64,000 bases of DNA from an uncultured Bacilli bacterium (GCA_944371905.1 CALVYA010000007.1:452-64451), one strand, 5' to 3'; counted from the stretch's first letter, positions 1 through 9,297 are shown. Notes: generated by a model from the sequence alone, not told the origin. A program made the numbers and translations.

Positions 1-2240
1 AAATAATTGAAGATGAGAATAGTAATATCACCTATGAAATTAGTGGAGTAGAAGAAGGTTATACACTTTTGCAACCAGGAGAGACCAATACAGCCAAAGT
101 AACAATCAAATATAAAAGTGGAGTAACGAATATCAGTGAAACAAAAAAAGAATTAATGTTAACCTTTATTTATGTAGAAAATAGTGGGACAACAGGAGGA
201 AATTCAGGAGACTCCACATCAGATACAGAAAATGTAGTATATCAATTAGGAGATACCATAAGTACAGAAAATATAGTAAGAAATGATAATAGAAGCTTTG
301 GCAATTTGTTTTATGCTATATCTAGTAATGATACAAAAGATAACACTACTATTAACGTAATAACAGACCTTGTTTCACATACAGAAATGTCTGTTGAAAA
401 TATCGTAAATAGTGATACAATAAGTGTCGCATTTAAACCATTATCAGCTGGAGGGAGTGTCCCGGTTACTTATATAGATGTAACTAATCCAAGATTACCT
501 ACAATGGAAGAAATAGGATATATAGCTAATTTTAAATATGATAGTAGCAAAAATTATGATGGAGAAACGTTTGAGATGACTCAGGTCATGTTTAATACAA
601 ATACTTCTACTAATGATAAATTTTTAACATCCACAACAAAAGATGGAAAATATTATACTTATACGATCAATGGAACACAATTAACCATTCATTTAGTAGA
701 TGCTAGTGAAATAGTGTGGATAAGAGCTATCATTACTCTGAATAAAGAGGATTTAGATAAATATCAAAGATATCAGATAGGTGATTCTGTAGAATTAATA
801 GATGGTTCAAAATGGTATGTAACCAAAGATAGTGGAACAGGAAATGCTATGGTAACTTTAATCAGTGAAAATGGAGCATCAAGTAATGGAAGTGTATTAA
901 CTTATGGAACATATAGTAGAGGATTTGATACTAGTGGAAGTAATATATATAATCAATTTAGTAGTACAAATATAGGATACTATGTAAAGAATACAGTAGA
1001 AAGTTATATAAAGAACGCTATAAAAAGTAATGGTGGAAATGATGCTACTACCATAGCTAGATTATTAACAAAAGGGGAATATGATCGGATCACTAAAAAT
1101 GATACGACTATACCAAGTTGGTTAAAGATACCAGGGGCATTTTGGATGATGACAAATACAGGGAATAGTGTATATTATTTTAATGGGAGTAGTTTATCTA
1201 CAACCACAACCTTAACTTCTAATTATAAAGTAAGACCAGTCATAACGACATTAAAGAGTAATTTGAAAGATCCTATATATTTAGTGGATCAAATTTTAAA
1301 AGATAATACGGAAAGAGATGGTAATCGTTTAAATTTTGAATCTACTAGTGAAGAGTCAAAAACTAATGGTTTATATTATACTAATCGAAGAACGATAAAT
1401 AATAAAATAACATATTTTTTTAGAGGAGCAGTAGAGAATAATTATGTATATTTTGCAGGACTTTACTGGAGAATTATACGAATTAATGAAGATTCTAGTA
1501 TTAGATTGATTTATCAAGGAATTAATTATAATACAATGGGAACAGATGCTACGATAGGAACAGGTACGTTTAATAGTGAAACCATTGGGGATAATGCTTA
1601 TGTAGGATATATGTATGGGGCAGCAGGAAGCAATACTTATACTTTAACTCATGCCAACACTAATGGAAGTGTTATCAAAGAGAAACTAGATACTTGGTAT
1701 CAGAATAATTTATTAAGTTATTCTAGGTATATAGCAGATAGTGGATTTTGTGGCGATCGAAGTATAGCAGAAGAACCTGGGACTTGGGTTTCTTATGATA
1801 CTGCATTAGGATATGCTAAAAATGAAACTTATTATGGTCCATATAATAGAGTAGAGAATGATGCTAGACACCCGTTATTTGAATGTCCTCAAAAAAATGA
1901 TTGGTTTACTCTAAAAGGTAATACCCAAGGGAACGAAGCGCTTAATTATCCAATTGGATTGCTCTCTTTAGATGAAATTGTTTATGCAGGGGGGAGTTAT
2001 TCAATAGAAAATACTAGTTATTATCTTTATACAGAAGATTATTATTGGACTATGAGTCCTTATGAATTTAACGGAAATGGTTCTTATGTAGGAGTTGTAT
2101 CTTACAATGGTGCTATAACTCGTATTAGTGTAGATTCGCCAACTAGAGGTATTAGACCTGTTATTAATTTAAAATCTGATGTTGCAATAATAAGTGGTAA
2201 TGGAACCAGTTCTAATCCTTACGTTGTTAAGACAAATTAA
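1..2240 (+). CDS. Secreted surface protein, 5'-truncated by the window edge (paralog of 52532..54169)
   Basis: The frame is open from nt 3 to TAA at 2238-2240, so the TTG at 69 in the ORF track is not the true start. The first ~60 aa match the end of the N-terminal module of 6472..7902 and 52532..54169. The C-terminal ~330 aa (LYYTN..YFFRGAVENNYV..YWRIIRINEDSSIRLIYQG..DSGFCGDRS..YPIGLLSLDEIVYAGG..IRPVINLK..GNGTSSNPYVV) are colinear with 52532..54169. An extra module ending YKVRPVITTLK lies at about nt 760-1260. Confidence 0.75.
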   Translation, partial: IIEDENSNITYEISGVEEGYTLLQPGETNTAKVTIKYKSGVTNISETKKELMLTFIYVENSGTTGGNSGDSTSDTENVVYQLGDTISTENIVRNDNRSFGNLFYAISSNDTKDNTTINVITDLVSHTEMSVENIVNSDTISVAFKPLSAGGSVPVTYIDVTNPRLPTMEEIGYIANFKYDSSKNYDGETFEMTQVMFNTNTSTNDKFLTSTTKDGKYYTYTINGTQLTIHLVDASEIVWIRAIITLNKEDLDKYQRYQIGDSVELIDGSKWYVTKDSGTGNAMVTLISENGASSNGSVLTYGTYSRGFDTSGSNIYNQFSSTNIGYYVKNTVESYIKNAIKSNGGNDATTIARLLTKGEYDRITKNDTTIPSWLKIPGAFWMMTNTGNSVYYFNGSSLSTTTTLTSNYKVRPVITTLKSNLKDPIYLVDQILKDNTERDGNRLNFESTSEESKTNGLYYTNRRTINNKITYFFRGAVENNYVYFAGLYWRIIRINEDSSIRLIYQGINYNTMGTDATIGTGTFNSETIGDNAYVGYMYGAAGSNTYTLTHANTNGSVIKEKLDTWYQNNLLSYSRYIADSGFCGDRSIAEEPGTWVSYDTALGYAKNETYYGPYNRVENDARHPLFECPQKNDWFTLKGNTQGNEALNYPIGLLSLDEIVYAGGSYSIENTSYYLYTEDYYWTMSPYEFNGNGSYVGVVSYNGAITRISVDSPTRGIRPVINLKSDVAIISGNGTSSNPYVVKTN

Positions 2241-2268
2241 AATACATTCTTGACGAATGTATTTTTTT
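2241..2268. terminator. Bidirectional intrinsic terminator between convergent genes
   Basis: Perfect 9-bp stem aatacattc / gaatgtatt with a 5-nt loop. It is flanked by an A-run upstream and a T-run downstream. Confidence 0.7.
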
Positions 2269-3175
2269 ATGCCAATTCTTTAAATACTTTTTTATCAAAT
2301 ACATGTTGGTTGGTTTCTAATTCTTCTAATTCAGGAGTGGTAATTAAGAAGAAAGTATACTCTAAAGTATCGGTTCCATCGGTTAATACTGGATCATCCC
2401 AAGTTAAATCTAAATGATACCATTTCCCCTCCAAATACACTGCGTTCCAAATATGATTTTCGCTTACTACTTTAAAGTTGGGAATGTTATATTTATTTAA
2501 GAAGATTGCCATAGCATCTGCATATCCTCCACATAATCCGTAATGCTCAATTAGTACTCCATAAGCCGTGTTGGATTCATATTTAATAATATTACGATCA
2601 GCTCGTTCTTTATCATATTTTGTCGTATTTATAATATAATTATGAACAATTTTAATAATCTCTTTAGGATCTTTTTCTTCTTTAATTTCATTTTTTATGA
2701 TATCATCTACTACTTTGTTAATTTCAGCTATTTTATCTTCATCATAAGTCTTTTGAATTCTTAAGGTTACTCGTTTTAGTGTATCATATTCTGTTTTGAT
2801 GGTAGTGAAACTATTAAAAGGATGAACAAAACTATTAATATTAGAAAGAGTAGTTTGATCATTTGCTAAATATAATACATCATCCATACAACTTGGATAA
2901 GTTTTAGAGCAATAGAAAGTAAATTCATCTACGCCAGAATTAATTACCGTGTAATACATATTCATTAAATCTTTCTTAGAAGTTGCTTTAAAATCATCAG
3001 TAGTAGTAACATAGGATAAATTATAATCTCTAAAATATTTATTTTTAGTCTCAATTGATGATTCCTTACTAATACCACCAAAATTTTCTATTAAGAAGAT
3101 CACAATATTTTCCCGATATAAATAAGTACATCCAAGTAATAAAATTAACAAAACAAAAACTAAAACTCTCTTCAT
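2267..3175 (-). CDS. Transglutaminase-like cysteine protease domain protein, membrane-anchored
   Basis: N-terminal hydrophobic helix. The Cys-His-Asp core reads GLCGGYADAMAIFLNKYNIP..ENHIWNAVYLEGKWYHLDLTWDD, typical of the transglutaminase-like superfamily. RBS aaggtgaag precedes the ATG. Confidence 0.75.
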   Translation of the reverse strand: MKRVLVFVLLILLLGCTYLYRENIVIFLIENFGGISKESSIETKNKYFRDYNLSYVTTTDDFKATSKKDLMNMYYTVINSGVDEFTFYCSKTYPSCMDDVLYLANDQTTLSNINSFVHPFNSFTTIKTEYDTLKRVTLRIQKTYDEDKIAEINKVVDDIIKNEIKEEKDPKEIIKIVHNYIINTTKYDKERADRNIIKYESNTAYGVLIEHYGLCGGYADAMAIFLNKYNIPNFKVVSENHIWNAVYLEGKWYHLDLTWDDPVLTDGTDTLEYTFFLITTPELEELETNQHVFDKKVFKELA

Positions 3176-3224
3176 ATCTTCACCTTATATACATTTTAAC
3201 ATAAAAAAAAGAGTAATTAAAGAA

Positions 3225-3488
3225 CTACTCCATATTATTTTTCATTTTTGTTAATCTAGATTTTTGTCTTGCTGCTTTATTTTTATGAATTAGACCACTT
3301 TTCACAGCTTTATCAATTCTTTTGATTGCTACATTTAATTTTTCATCTACTACTTCTTTATTTCCAGCTTTTACTTCTTTTTCTAATTTTTTAATTGCAG
3401 TTTTAACACTAGAAGTTTTCACAGTATTAGCTTCACTTTTTTTTGCACTAGTTATCACTCTTTTTTTAGCGCTTTTAATATTTGGCAT
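3225..3488 (-). CDS. rpsT: 30S ribosomal protein S20
   Basis: MPNIKSAKKRV..KNKAARQKSRLTK is the classic S20 sequence. It is 87 aa, with RBS gaggtga upstream. Confidence 0.95.
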   Translation of the reverse strand: MPNIKSAKKRVITSAKKSEANTVKTSSVKTAIKKLEKEVKAGNKEVVDEKLNVAIKRIDKAVKSGLIHKNKAARQKSRLTKMKNNME

Positions 3489-3619
3489 TTTATCACCTCG
3501 CTTTTTTTGACTAAATATATTCTAACAAAAAAAGATATAAAATACAACAAAAACTTGAACTTTTTACTATTCTAGGTTTACATATTTTAAAATAATTGAT
3601 AAAATCATACTAGAATAGA

Positions 3620-5101
3620 ATGGTAAGGGTTGATATTATGTCTTTGGATAATAAAAAAAATTTATATGATGATGACATTAGTAAGACACAAAAATTAGAA
3701 TTAGAGCGTTATCAGAAATATTTAAAAAGTATTAAAAAATACGATCCTTTAGATGAAGAAGAGTATTTGTACCTTACTAGCGAAATGAGCAATATTATTA
3801 ATCATAGTGACGATTTATCAGATATTGAAGTATTAGAATTAACGAGTAAATTAGAAAAAATTGATTATAGCAAAGATTATACAATAGAATTATTAGAACT
3901 TACCAAAGAAATAAAACAAATAACGAAAACAAATCAAAAAGCGAGAAAAGAGTTAGAGATTCCAAAAGTAGATAAAAAAATAAATCCTAAAAAAGTGCAA
4001 GAAAAACCACTAACATCTACTTCGATATTGCCTAAAATAAATAATATCAAAAAGAAAGAAATACCTAAAAAGATAATGGTTGCTGATGCTAAAAAAACAG
4101 ATTCAAGGAAAGAGGTTCAAGAACCAAAAGAAAATCAAAGACCTACATTTAAAGAGTTAATTGATAAAAATAACAAAGATAATAATATTGAACATTTTAA
4201 CACAGAGCGTATTCATAAAATTAGAGTAGAGATGAATACACGAAGTAGTAATAAGAAAAAAAAGAAAAAACGAAAGATAGAAAAAGTGATATGGTCAACT
4301 ATTTTTGGTTGTTCTTTATGTGTCTTTGCCTTTCTTATATTGCGATATGTAAGGTGGGAATTTGAAAATAAAAGTGTAGAAGATCAAATTACAGATATTT
4401 ATGCTTTAGCTAATGTAGAAGAGACAGTGAACGAAGGAGCAATTACTAATCTTGGTGATTTACCTCAACAAGAAGTAACTGAAAGCGAAGACTCTTTTGT
4501 TCTTAGCGATTATTGGTATTATATGTCTATGTCTTTATTAGATGTGAATTTTGATGAGTTAAAGAAGAAAAATAATGAGACAGCTGGGTGGATTCAAGTA
4601 GCAGGGACTAATATTAATTATCCTTATGTTCATACTAGTAATAATGAATATTATTTAACTCATTCTTTTGATAAAAGTTATAATAGTGCTGGATGGGTAT
4701 ATTTAGATTATCGAAACGATCCTAATAGTTTTGGTAGAAATAATATTTTGTATGCTCATTCACGACTAGATAATACTATGTTTGGTAGTTTACGTGGAGT
4801 GATATCTCATTCTTGGTATACGAATCCTAATAATCATGTGGTTAAAATATCTACGCCATCTTTTAATTCGATCTGGCAAGTATTTAGTGTTTACACTATT
4901 GAACCAGAATCATATTATATTAAAACTAAATTTAATGATACAGAATTTGCTAAATTTTTAAATACTATTACAGCACGAAGTGTTTATAATTTTGGAGTAA
5001 CACCTTCGATCGAAGATAAAGTTTTAACATTGTCTTCTTGTTATTATGAAAATAAACGAGTGGTATTACATGCTAAATTAGTTAGATTAGAAGAAAAATA
5101 G
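3620..5101 (+). CDS. Class B sortase paralog with a long Lys-rich cytoplasmic N-terminal extension
   Basis: The C-terminal ~200 aa carry SrtB motifs: GWIQVAGTNINYPYVHTSNNEYYLTHSFDKSYNSAGWVYLDYRN, ILYAHSRLDNTMFGSL, VLTLSSC, RVVLHAKL. A single TM (VIWSTIFGCSLCVFAFLILRYV) lies at about aa 222, preceded by KKKKKKRK. The true start may be ATG 3638 (RBS aaggg). Confidence 0.8.
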   Translation: MVRVDIMSLDNKKNLYDDDISKTQKLELERYQKYLKSIKKYDPLDEEEYLYLTSEMSNIINHSDDLSDIEVLELTSKLEKIDYSKDYTIELLELTKEIKQITKTNQKARKELEIPKVDKKINPKKVQEKPLTSTSILPKINNIKKKEIPKKIMVADAKKTDSRKEVQEPKENQRPTFKELIDKNNKDNNIEHFNTERIHKIRVEMNTRSSNKKKKKKRKIEKVIWSTIFGCSLCVFAFLILRYVRWEFENKSVEDQITDIYALANVEETVNEGAITNLGDLPQQEVTESEDSFVLSDYWYYMSMSLLDVNFDELKKKNNETAGWIQVAGTNINYPYVHTSNNEYYLTHSFDKSYNSAGWVYLDYRNDPNSFGRNNILYAHSRLDNTMFGSLRGVISHSWYTNPNNHVVKISTPSFNSIWQVFSVYTIEPESYYIKTKFNDTEFAKFLNTITARSVYNFGVTPSIEDKVLTLSSCYYENKRVVLHAKLVRLEEK

Positions 5102-5150
5102 AAATGTTATAAATAAATACCATTTGTGTAAACTATAAATGGTGAGTTAT

Positions 5151-6182
5151 ATGAGTGAAATAGATTTAAAAAAATATCGGATAAGAACAGATTTGATAGT
5201 AGAAAGTATTGGTAGTAGTAATATAGAAGGAATTACTAAAAGAGAAAAAGAAGTAGACGACATTACAATTACTGATATTACTATTGATAAAGATATAGAA
5301 GAATTAAATAAAAAAAAGGGACGTTATATTACGATAGGTTTTAAAGATATTACCGATACTACGAATCGAAAAAAAGTAGAAGAAGTAGTAACTAGTGAAT
5401 TATCTAGTTTATTACAATTTATGAAGATAGATAAAGATAGTAGTTGTCTAGTAATAGGATTAGGCAATGATAAATCTACTCCAGATTCTTTAGGGCCTAA
5501 AGTAGTGAACGAATTGGTAGTAACTAGGCATCTTTATTTATTAGATGGAGTAAATGTTGAAAAAGGCTATCGAAATGTTTCAGCTTTTATTCCCGGTGTT
5601 ATGGGAAACACTGGTATTGAGGCAAGAGATATAATTAAAGGGTTAGTAAAAGAAATTGAGCCTGGTTTTGTTATTGTGGTAGATGCTTTGGCTTCTTCTT
5701 CGATCGAGCGAGTTAATCGAACGATTCAAATTACAAATACGGGAATTAATCCAGGAAGTGGAGTAGGTAATACTAGAATGGAAATATCTGATAAAACAAT
5801 TCATGTTCCTGTCATTGCCATAGGAATTCCCACCGTAGTAGATGCAGTTACGATTGTTAGTGATACGTTAAAATATTTATTAAAGAAATTTAGTTATAGT
5901 AAAGAAAATATTAACAATCATGCCAATAAATTAAAACCAGTTCATAGTATTAATTATTTAGAAAAAGATGTTAAAGAGTTACCAGCAGAAGATAAGGAAA
6001 AAATATTAGGATTTTTAGGAAATTTAAAAGAGGAAGAGATGCACCAGTTAATGGATGAAGTATTGTCTCCTATTGGTTATAATATGATGGTAACTCCTAA
6101 AGAAATTGATTTTGTTATCGATAAATTAAGTTTATTATTATCTACTTCTATGAATCGTGTTTTACATCCCAAAATGAACTAA
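5151..6182 (+). CDS. gpr: Spore germination protease GPR
   Basis: Colinear with B. subtilis Gpr: RTDLIVE, LVIGLGNDKSTPDSLGPKVV, VTRHL, PGVMGNTGIE, VDALASSSIERVN, TGINPGSGVGN, VPVIAIGIPTVVDA, LSPIGYNMMVTPKEIDF. The start was moved to ATG 5151 behind ggtga. Confidence 0.95.
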   Translation: MSEIDLKKYRIRTDLIVESIGSSNIEGITKREKEVDDITITDITIDKDIEELNKKKGRYITIGFKDITDTTNRKKVEEVVTSELSSLLQFMKIDKDSSCLVIGLGNDKSTPDSLGPKVVNELVVTRHLYLLDGVNVEKGYRNVSAFIPGVMGNTGIEARDIIKGLVKEIEPGFVIVVDALASSSIERVNRTIQITNTGINPGSGVGNTRMEISDKTIHVPVIAIGIPTVVDAVTIVSDTLKYLLKKFSYSKENINNHANKLKPVHSINYLEKDVKELPAEDKEKILGFLGNLKEEEMHQLMDEVLSPIGYNMMVTPKEIDFVIDKLSLLLSTSMNRVLHPKMN

Positions 6183-6218
6183 ATATACACAATTTGACAC
6201 TTATCTTATTTTATTTCA

Positions 6219-6247
6219 TTGACACTAACATACCTAGAGAATACAAT
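6219..6247 (+). promoter_or_regulatory. Sigma-A-type promoter for 6280..7902
   Basis: TTGACA (6219-6224), a 17-nt spacer, then TACAAT (6242-6247). Confidence 0.55.
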
Positions 6248-6279
6248 TAAACTAGAGTAACTAGGAAGAAGGATGAAGT

Positions 6280-6465
6280 ATGTTAGAGAACGCTTTAGTA
6301 AAAGAAATCAATCATTTAGATAATCGAGAAGAGATGAATAAAATAGAAATTAATATGTATTCTGAATTAATAAAACAAAAACAAATGATAAATGATGATG
6401 AAGAAATAGCTAAAGAATTGTATGATCAATTAATTGATAAAAAAGATGAGAAAGATAGAGGTTAG
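6280..6465 (+). CDS. Small acidic helical protein, unknown function
   Basis: 61-aa ORF with an RBS, ending 6 nt before the next start. It is rich in E/D/K and I recognise no family. Confidence 0.45.
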   Translation: MLENALVKEINHLDNREEMNKIEINMYSELIKQKQMINDDEEIAKELYDQLIDKKDEKDRG

Positions 6466-6471
6466 AGTATT

Positions 6472-7902
6472 ATGTATAATAAGAAAAAAGTAATTATTAT
6501 TGTAATGATGATAGCAGTAGTATTAATGGTTGTAGTATATGCGGCACTTAGTACAAAGTTAATTATCAATGGTACTGGTAAAATTACTAGTACTTGGCAT
6601 GTGTTTTTTGAAAGCATTGAAACAGAGGAGTTAAGAGGGGAAGGTAGTAATAATGGGGATCCAATAATTACGGATACTTCTATTAAATTTAATGTAAATC
6701 TTAGAAAACCAGGAGATGGTATTACTTATTCTGCGGTATTAAAAAATGGTGGAAGTATTGATGCTATTATCAATAATATTGATGCATCTATGTCTGGTGC
6801 ATCTGTTGTTCAATATAGTGTAACGGGTATTAAAAAAGGCGAAAAATTACCAGCTGGTGCCAGTAAGACGATAACGATTACTGTAGATTTTGATCGTAAT
6901 GCTACTAGTATTCCTGCAGTTACTTCTAATGAGTTAATTGTTAATATAGAGTGTATTCAAGATGATGGTCAAGCGATACCAGAAGAGGATATTACAATTC
7001 AAAAAATTATGTTAAAGCCAGGGGATACTGCTTCTTCCTTTTTATCAGGACCAATTGCTAAATCATCTATAGAAAGTATTAATTTTACCAATACTAATGT
7101 AGTAGCATCTAATGCTATAGATAGTTGGGATGTATCTAGTGATGGTAAAGGTGGGGTAATGGCATGGTATACCGATAGTGACAATGATAATCTTTATGAG
7201 GTTACTATAGGTCAAAAAGGAGGCGTAGTGGCTAATAGTAATTCTAGTAATTTATTTAATGGATTATCCCAGTTAACGTCTATTAACTTTTCTCAATTTG
7301 ATACTTCTGAAGTTACCAATATGTCTGGCATGTTTCGGCACTGTTCTTCGTTAACTTCACTTGATGTTAGTAGTTTTAACACTAATAAAGTAACGGATAT
7401 GAGTTGGATGTTTTCTGGTTGTTCTAAGTTAACTAGTCTAGATTTAAGTAACTTTAATACTTCAAATGTAACAACGATGATGAGTATGTTTTATGGTACA
7501 ATTAAAATGAATGATTTAAATATCAGTAGTTTTAATACTAGTAAAGTGACAGATATGTCTGGAATGTTTTATTCTGCTCAAGGGATAGAAAATTTAAATT
7601 TAAATCACTTCGATACTTCTAATGTAACTACTATGGAAAGAATGTTTTCTGAGATGGCTTCATTAGTTAGGCTAGATATTAGTAGTTTTGAAACCCCAAG
7701 ACTTACTAATATGAATTATTTTTGTAATTATAATACCAAACTAAAATATATAGATATGAGAAAGATGAACATGGTAAGTATTGGTAGTCCAACAGAAGCT
7801 TTTGCCGGATTAGATAGTATTGAAGAAATTATAGTAAGAAGTACTGATGAACAATATATTATTAATAAAAGTCATGCTTCTTATCCAGTAATAGTAGCCT
7901 AG
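6472..7902 (+). CDS. Surface protein: TasA/camelysin-like N-terminal module plus DUF285/BspA-type leucine-rich repeats
   Basis: N-terminus is MYNKKK + hydrophobic helix + VVVYAALSTKLIINGTGKITSTW..LRKPGD..LKNGGSIDAIIN..NIECIQDDGQ, shared with 52532..54169. About 7 repeats of F.T(S/N).VT.M..MF...S.LTSLD.S lie at nt ~7255-7762 and match the DUF285 (PF03382-type) pattern. Confidence 0.8.
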   Translation: MYNKKKVIIIVMMIAVVLMVVVYAALSTKLIINGTGKITSTWHVFFESIETEELRGEGSNNGDPIITDTSIKFNVNLRKPGDGITYSAVLKNGGSIDAIINNIDASMSGASVVQYSVTGIKKGEKLPAGASKTITITVDFDRNATSIPAVTSNELIVNIECIQDDGQAIPEEDITIQKIMLKPGDTASSFLSGPIAKSSIESINFTNTNVVASNAIDSWDVSSDGKGGVMAWYTDSDNDNLYEVTIGQKGGVVANSNSSNLFNGLSQLTSINFSQFDTSEVTNMSGMFRHCSSLTSLDVSSFNTNKVTDMSWMFSGCSKLTSLDLSNFNTSNVTTMMSMFYGTIKMNDLNISSFNTSKVTDMSGMFYSAQGIENLNLNHFDTSNVTTMERMFSEMASLVRLDISSFETPRLTNMNYFCNYNTKLKYIDMRKMNMVSIGSPTEAFAGLDSIEEIIVRSTDEQYIINKSHASYPVIVA

Positions 7903-7982
7903 TAATTAGGCTTTTTTATTTGTCTTACAAAACGACAATATTATCACTCTTCATAAATATAATTAAATATGAAGGTGATAAA

Positions 7983-8987
7983 ATGAATAAGAAAAGAGAT
8001 AAGAAAAAAAGTTTTGTAAAAAAATTGAAAGTTTTTTTTCTTGCTTTTGTTGCTATCTTATCTTTTATATATACTATAAAATTTTTAGATCAGATAAATT
8101 TAAAAGTAGATGATCTGTTCTTATCTACTTTAGTTTCTAAATCGAATAACATTAAAGGAAAAGGATTTAGTAGTAATGTTGTTAGTTATGTAATTGATTT
8201 AGACTTTTTTAACCCGGTTAATTTATTAAAAAATAATTATCGAGGATTAGTAAAAGAGGAGAAAGAACAAGAAGGAGATAAACAGTTAGTAACTATAGAT
8301 CCGGTAATAAAAGAAGAAGATACAAAAGAGGAAGATAATCAAGAGAAAGAAACTAATATTAAGAATAAAAGTCCTATTGTCTATATATTTAATACTCATC
8401 AAAGTGAAGAATATGCCTCTAAAAATTTATCTCCTCATAATGTGAAACCTACGGTCTTATTAGCTAGTTATATGTTACAAGAACGATTAGAAAAGAATGG
8501 TATTTATTCTATTGTGGAGGAAAGCGATATTTTAGAACTTCTTAGAATTAATAATTGGAATTATGCAAGTAGTTATAATATTACTAAGATGTTAATGGAA
8601 CAAGCGAAAGAAGATAATCCCTCTTTAATTTATTTTATTGATTTGCATCGAGATTCTATTTCACGGGATAAAACAACAGTTACTATTCGTGAAAAAACTT
8701 ATGCTAAAGTTTTATTTTTACTTGGTTTAGATAATCCTAATTATCAGGAAAGTAAGAAAGTAATATCTAGATTAGAGGAAATCATAAGTAGCAAATATCC
8801 TGGACTTAGTAAAGGCATCTACGAAAAAGGAGGAGAAGGAGTTAACGGAGTATATAATCAAGATTTTTCTAGTCGTTGCGTCCTAATTGAAGTAGGGGGA
8901 GTCGATAATACGATTGAAGAAGTATCTAATACTATTGATGCTATTACGGATATGTTAACTACTTATATAGAGGAGCAAAATGACTAA
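7983..8987 (+). CDS. spoIIP: Stage II sporulation protein P (SpoIIP family amidase)
   Basis: N-terminal TM, IVYIFNTHQSEEYAS, FIDLHRDS, AKVLFLLGLDNPNY, and synteny with gpr. The start was moved to ATG 7983 behind gaaggtga. Confidence 0.85.
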   Translation: MNKKRDKKKSFVKKLKVFFLAFVAILSFIYTIKFLDQINLKVDDLFLSTLVSKSNNIKGKGFSSNVVSYVIDLDFFNPVNLLKNNYRGLVKEEKEQEGDKQLVTIDPVIKEEDTKEEDNQEKETNIKNKSPIVYIFNTHQSEEYASKNLSPHNVKPTVLLASYMLQERLEKNGIYSIVEESDILELLRINNWNYASSYNITKMLMEQAKEDNPSLIYFIDLHRDSISRDKTTVTIREKTYAKVLFLLGLDNPNYQESKKVISRLEEIISSKYPGLSKGIYEKGGEGVNGVYNQDFSSRCVLIEVGGVDNTIEEVSNTIDAITDMLTTYIEEQND

Positions 8988-9297
8988 AGTTTGGAAAGTA
9001 GTATTATTAGCAATAGTAATTATTTTCTTAGTCATGTTTTTTACTTCTAGTAGTGGTTATTATGAATATGAGTTAAATAAAAAAGCTACTTTAACACAGG
9101 AAGCAATTGATGAATTTGAACAAGATATCGAAGCTGGAAAAGAGATCGATATTAATGACTATTTAGTAGAAGATAAAAAAGATTATAGTAATACTTTTTC
9201 TAATATAGGACTAGAAATATCTAATAAAATTGGTCAAATTTTTAAAGAAGGGGTAAAACTAATTTTTAATTCTGTTGGTAATTTAGTAGATGATTAA
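8980..9297 (+). CDS. Small membrane-anchored protein, unknown function
   Basis: The ATGA overlaps the spoIIP stop. One N-terminal TM (VVLLAIVIIFLVMFF). No family recognised. Confidence 0.5.
   Translation: MTKVWKVVLLAIVIIFLVMFFTSSSGYYEYELNKKATLTQEAIDEFEQDIEAGKEIDINDYLVEDKKDYSNTFSNIGLEISNKIGQIFKEGVKLIFNSVGNLVDD

Noticed and set aside
3322-3510. ORF-track entries lying antisense to or inside better genes. They are 3322..3510, 6999..7184, 13446..13697, 15045..15287, 16296..16478, 19721..19924, 20215..20433, 22850..23089, 25574..25765, 28418..28678, 32683..32901, 33529..33729, 34154..34381, 37392..37631, 47333..47584, 49291..49485, 50139..50372, 55656..55841, 58801..59091, 60374..60565, 60595..60858 and 62817..63065.
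   Set aside because: Each overlaps a longer ORF with clear family motifs on the opposite strand or in another frame. They have no RBS and low-complexity, mirror-like composition, so I treat them as spurious.
3511-3637. Sporulation-sigma (E/F/G) promoters upstream of the sortase paralog and gpr. A catacta motif lies near 3606.
   Set aside because: The spacing to any ATA-type -35 element did not fit the remembered consensus, so I cannot support a sigma assignment by eye.
7255-7762. Whether the regular ~75-bp periodic repeats (and the 159-bp repeats at 63641..64000) could be a CRISPR array.
   Set aside because: Both sit inside long open reading frames and encode protein repeats (DUF285 LRR and LysM). 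There is no repeat-spacer structure and no cas genes.
7920-7982. N-terminal extensions in the ORF track. They are at 7920, 10126, 11120, 15772, 18280, 22460, 23492, 27350, 29622, 32118, 34595, 37474, 38296, 40841, 44634, 45440, 46266, 49954, 52523, 54862, 57390, 57941, 58988 and 59954.
   Set aside because: In each case a downstream ATG, GTG or TTG sits 5-10 nt after a GGAGG-like RBS and matches the expected family N-terminus, so I shortened the calls. These start choices remain unverified.
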